The notes under the pieces were generated by a model that saw only the letters and a program-made list of their open reading frames with translations, was not told the DNA's origin and made no database searches. A program made the position numbers and the translations under genes. A stretch of 62,595 bases of DNA, counting the filler, from an uncultured Methanosarcinales archaeon (lineage in GTDB: Archaea; Nanobdellota; Nanobdellia; Woesearchaeales; JABMPP01): NCBI GenBank assembly GCA_964604995.1. It is 6 parts of 5 records of this genome, joined end to end, with 100 filler letters (N's around TTAATTAATTAA, not from the genome) between each part and the next. Parts side by side here need not be neighbours in the genome. Positions count along the whole stretch, not along the records: positions 45,364 to 62,595 come from CAZSAD010000033.1; 5 more parts are not named here. One strand, written 5' to 3'. Below, in pieces: positions 62,113-62,595 of the stretch; position 1 is the first letter of the stretch; the number at the start of each line of letters is the position of its first letter.

Positions 62113-62595
62113 AAAGATTTTTCAAGTCTTCAAAGATTGGCTCTTTGATGAATACTTTTGGAGGGATATCAAGTTTTGCAATTGCTTTTTCCAATTCATC
62201 TAAATTGCTTTGCTGTATTCTTCCGAGTCTTCCAGTTGGTAAAATTTCAGCTTTTGAAATTTCTTTTTGTTCACTGTCAACATCATATAAAATAAAAGCT
62301 ATATTATCTAACATCAAAACTTCGCCAAATTTATCTCCATGCTTAACCCTTATTTTTGCTCTTTCTAATTCTTTTCCTCGTTTTCTTTGCAAGTGTTCTA
62401 AAAGATATTTAAAGAGTTCACCGGATTTCTTTTTGACTTCTTCAACTTCAGTTTTTGTAAGTTTATTTGAGTCGTAATCTTTCTTTGCTCTAATTACCAT
62501 TTCAAGCAATCTCTTGAATTTTACAGGCACTTTACCTGGAGTAATTAATTCATCAGAGAAAATTTTAACAATCTCGCCTTTAGGAACTTTTTCAA
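62078..62595 (-). CDS. C-terminal part of a conserved protein, possibly a nucleotidyltransferase/HEPN-like fusion; runs off the window
   Basis: Frame open to the window edge; helical HEPN-like pattern. Confidence 0.45.
   Translation of the reverse strand, partial: EKVPKGEIVKIFSDELITPGKVPVKFKRLLEMVIRAKKDYDSNKLTKTEVEEVKKKSGELFKYLLEHLQRKRGKELERAKIRVKHGDKFGEVLMLDNIAFILYDVDSEQKEISKAEILPTGRLGRIQQSNLDELEKAIAKLDIPPKVFIKEPIFEDLKNLFGKDVEVQLNY

Overview
Very AT-rich archaeal DNA, most likely a DPANN/Woesearchaeales-type draft genome. The taxon is inferred from the archaeal informational genes (RFC small subunit, FEN1, PAN, pelota, Trm5, Trm11, archaeal TyrS), class III signal-peptide pilins, TATA promoters and many DPANN-style hypotheticals. 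The window is not contiguous: six contigs are joined by five artificial 100-nt N-TTAATTAATTAA-N linkers, and there are two 10-N gaps, so no synteny can be inferred across linkers. Contents: a MacB-type ABC operon with a COG1361 S-layer-like gene, purA, a pilin, an A/V-type ATP synthase operon (H,I,K,E,C,F,A,B), PhoU-like, pelota, RFC, PRC-barrel, tyrS, tldD/pmbA, PAN, trm5, glpQ, FEN1, a copper locus, glgC, an intron-containing tRNA-Leu(TAA) and an ECF S component. Most notable items: (1) a cell-surface cluster at 25.5-33.5 kb with a membrane-anchored, catalytically degenerate M23/LytM protein, three paralogous lipobox proteins and beta-defensin-like Cys modules; (2) an unannotated box C/D guide sRNA whose D' guide fits the 23S rRNA A-loop; (3) two short hairpin-rich inserts flanked by duplicated host sequence that share a CAATC..GATTG terminal hairpin; (4) glgC bracketed by direct repeats of the tRNA-Leu 3' end; (5) a copper locus with an HMA/Met-rich membrane protein and a divergent 7TM + winged-helix pair around a perfect 14-bp palindrome. 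All assignments come from motif recognition only; no searches were run.
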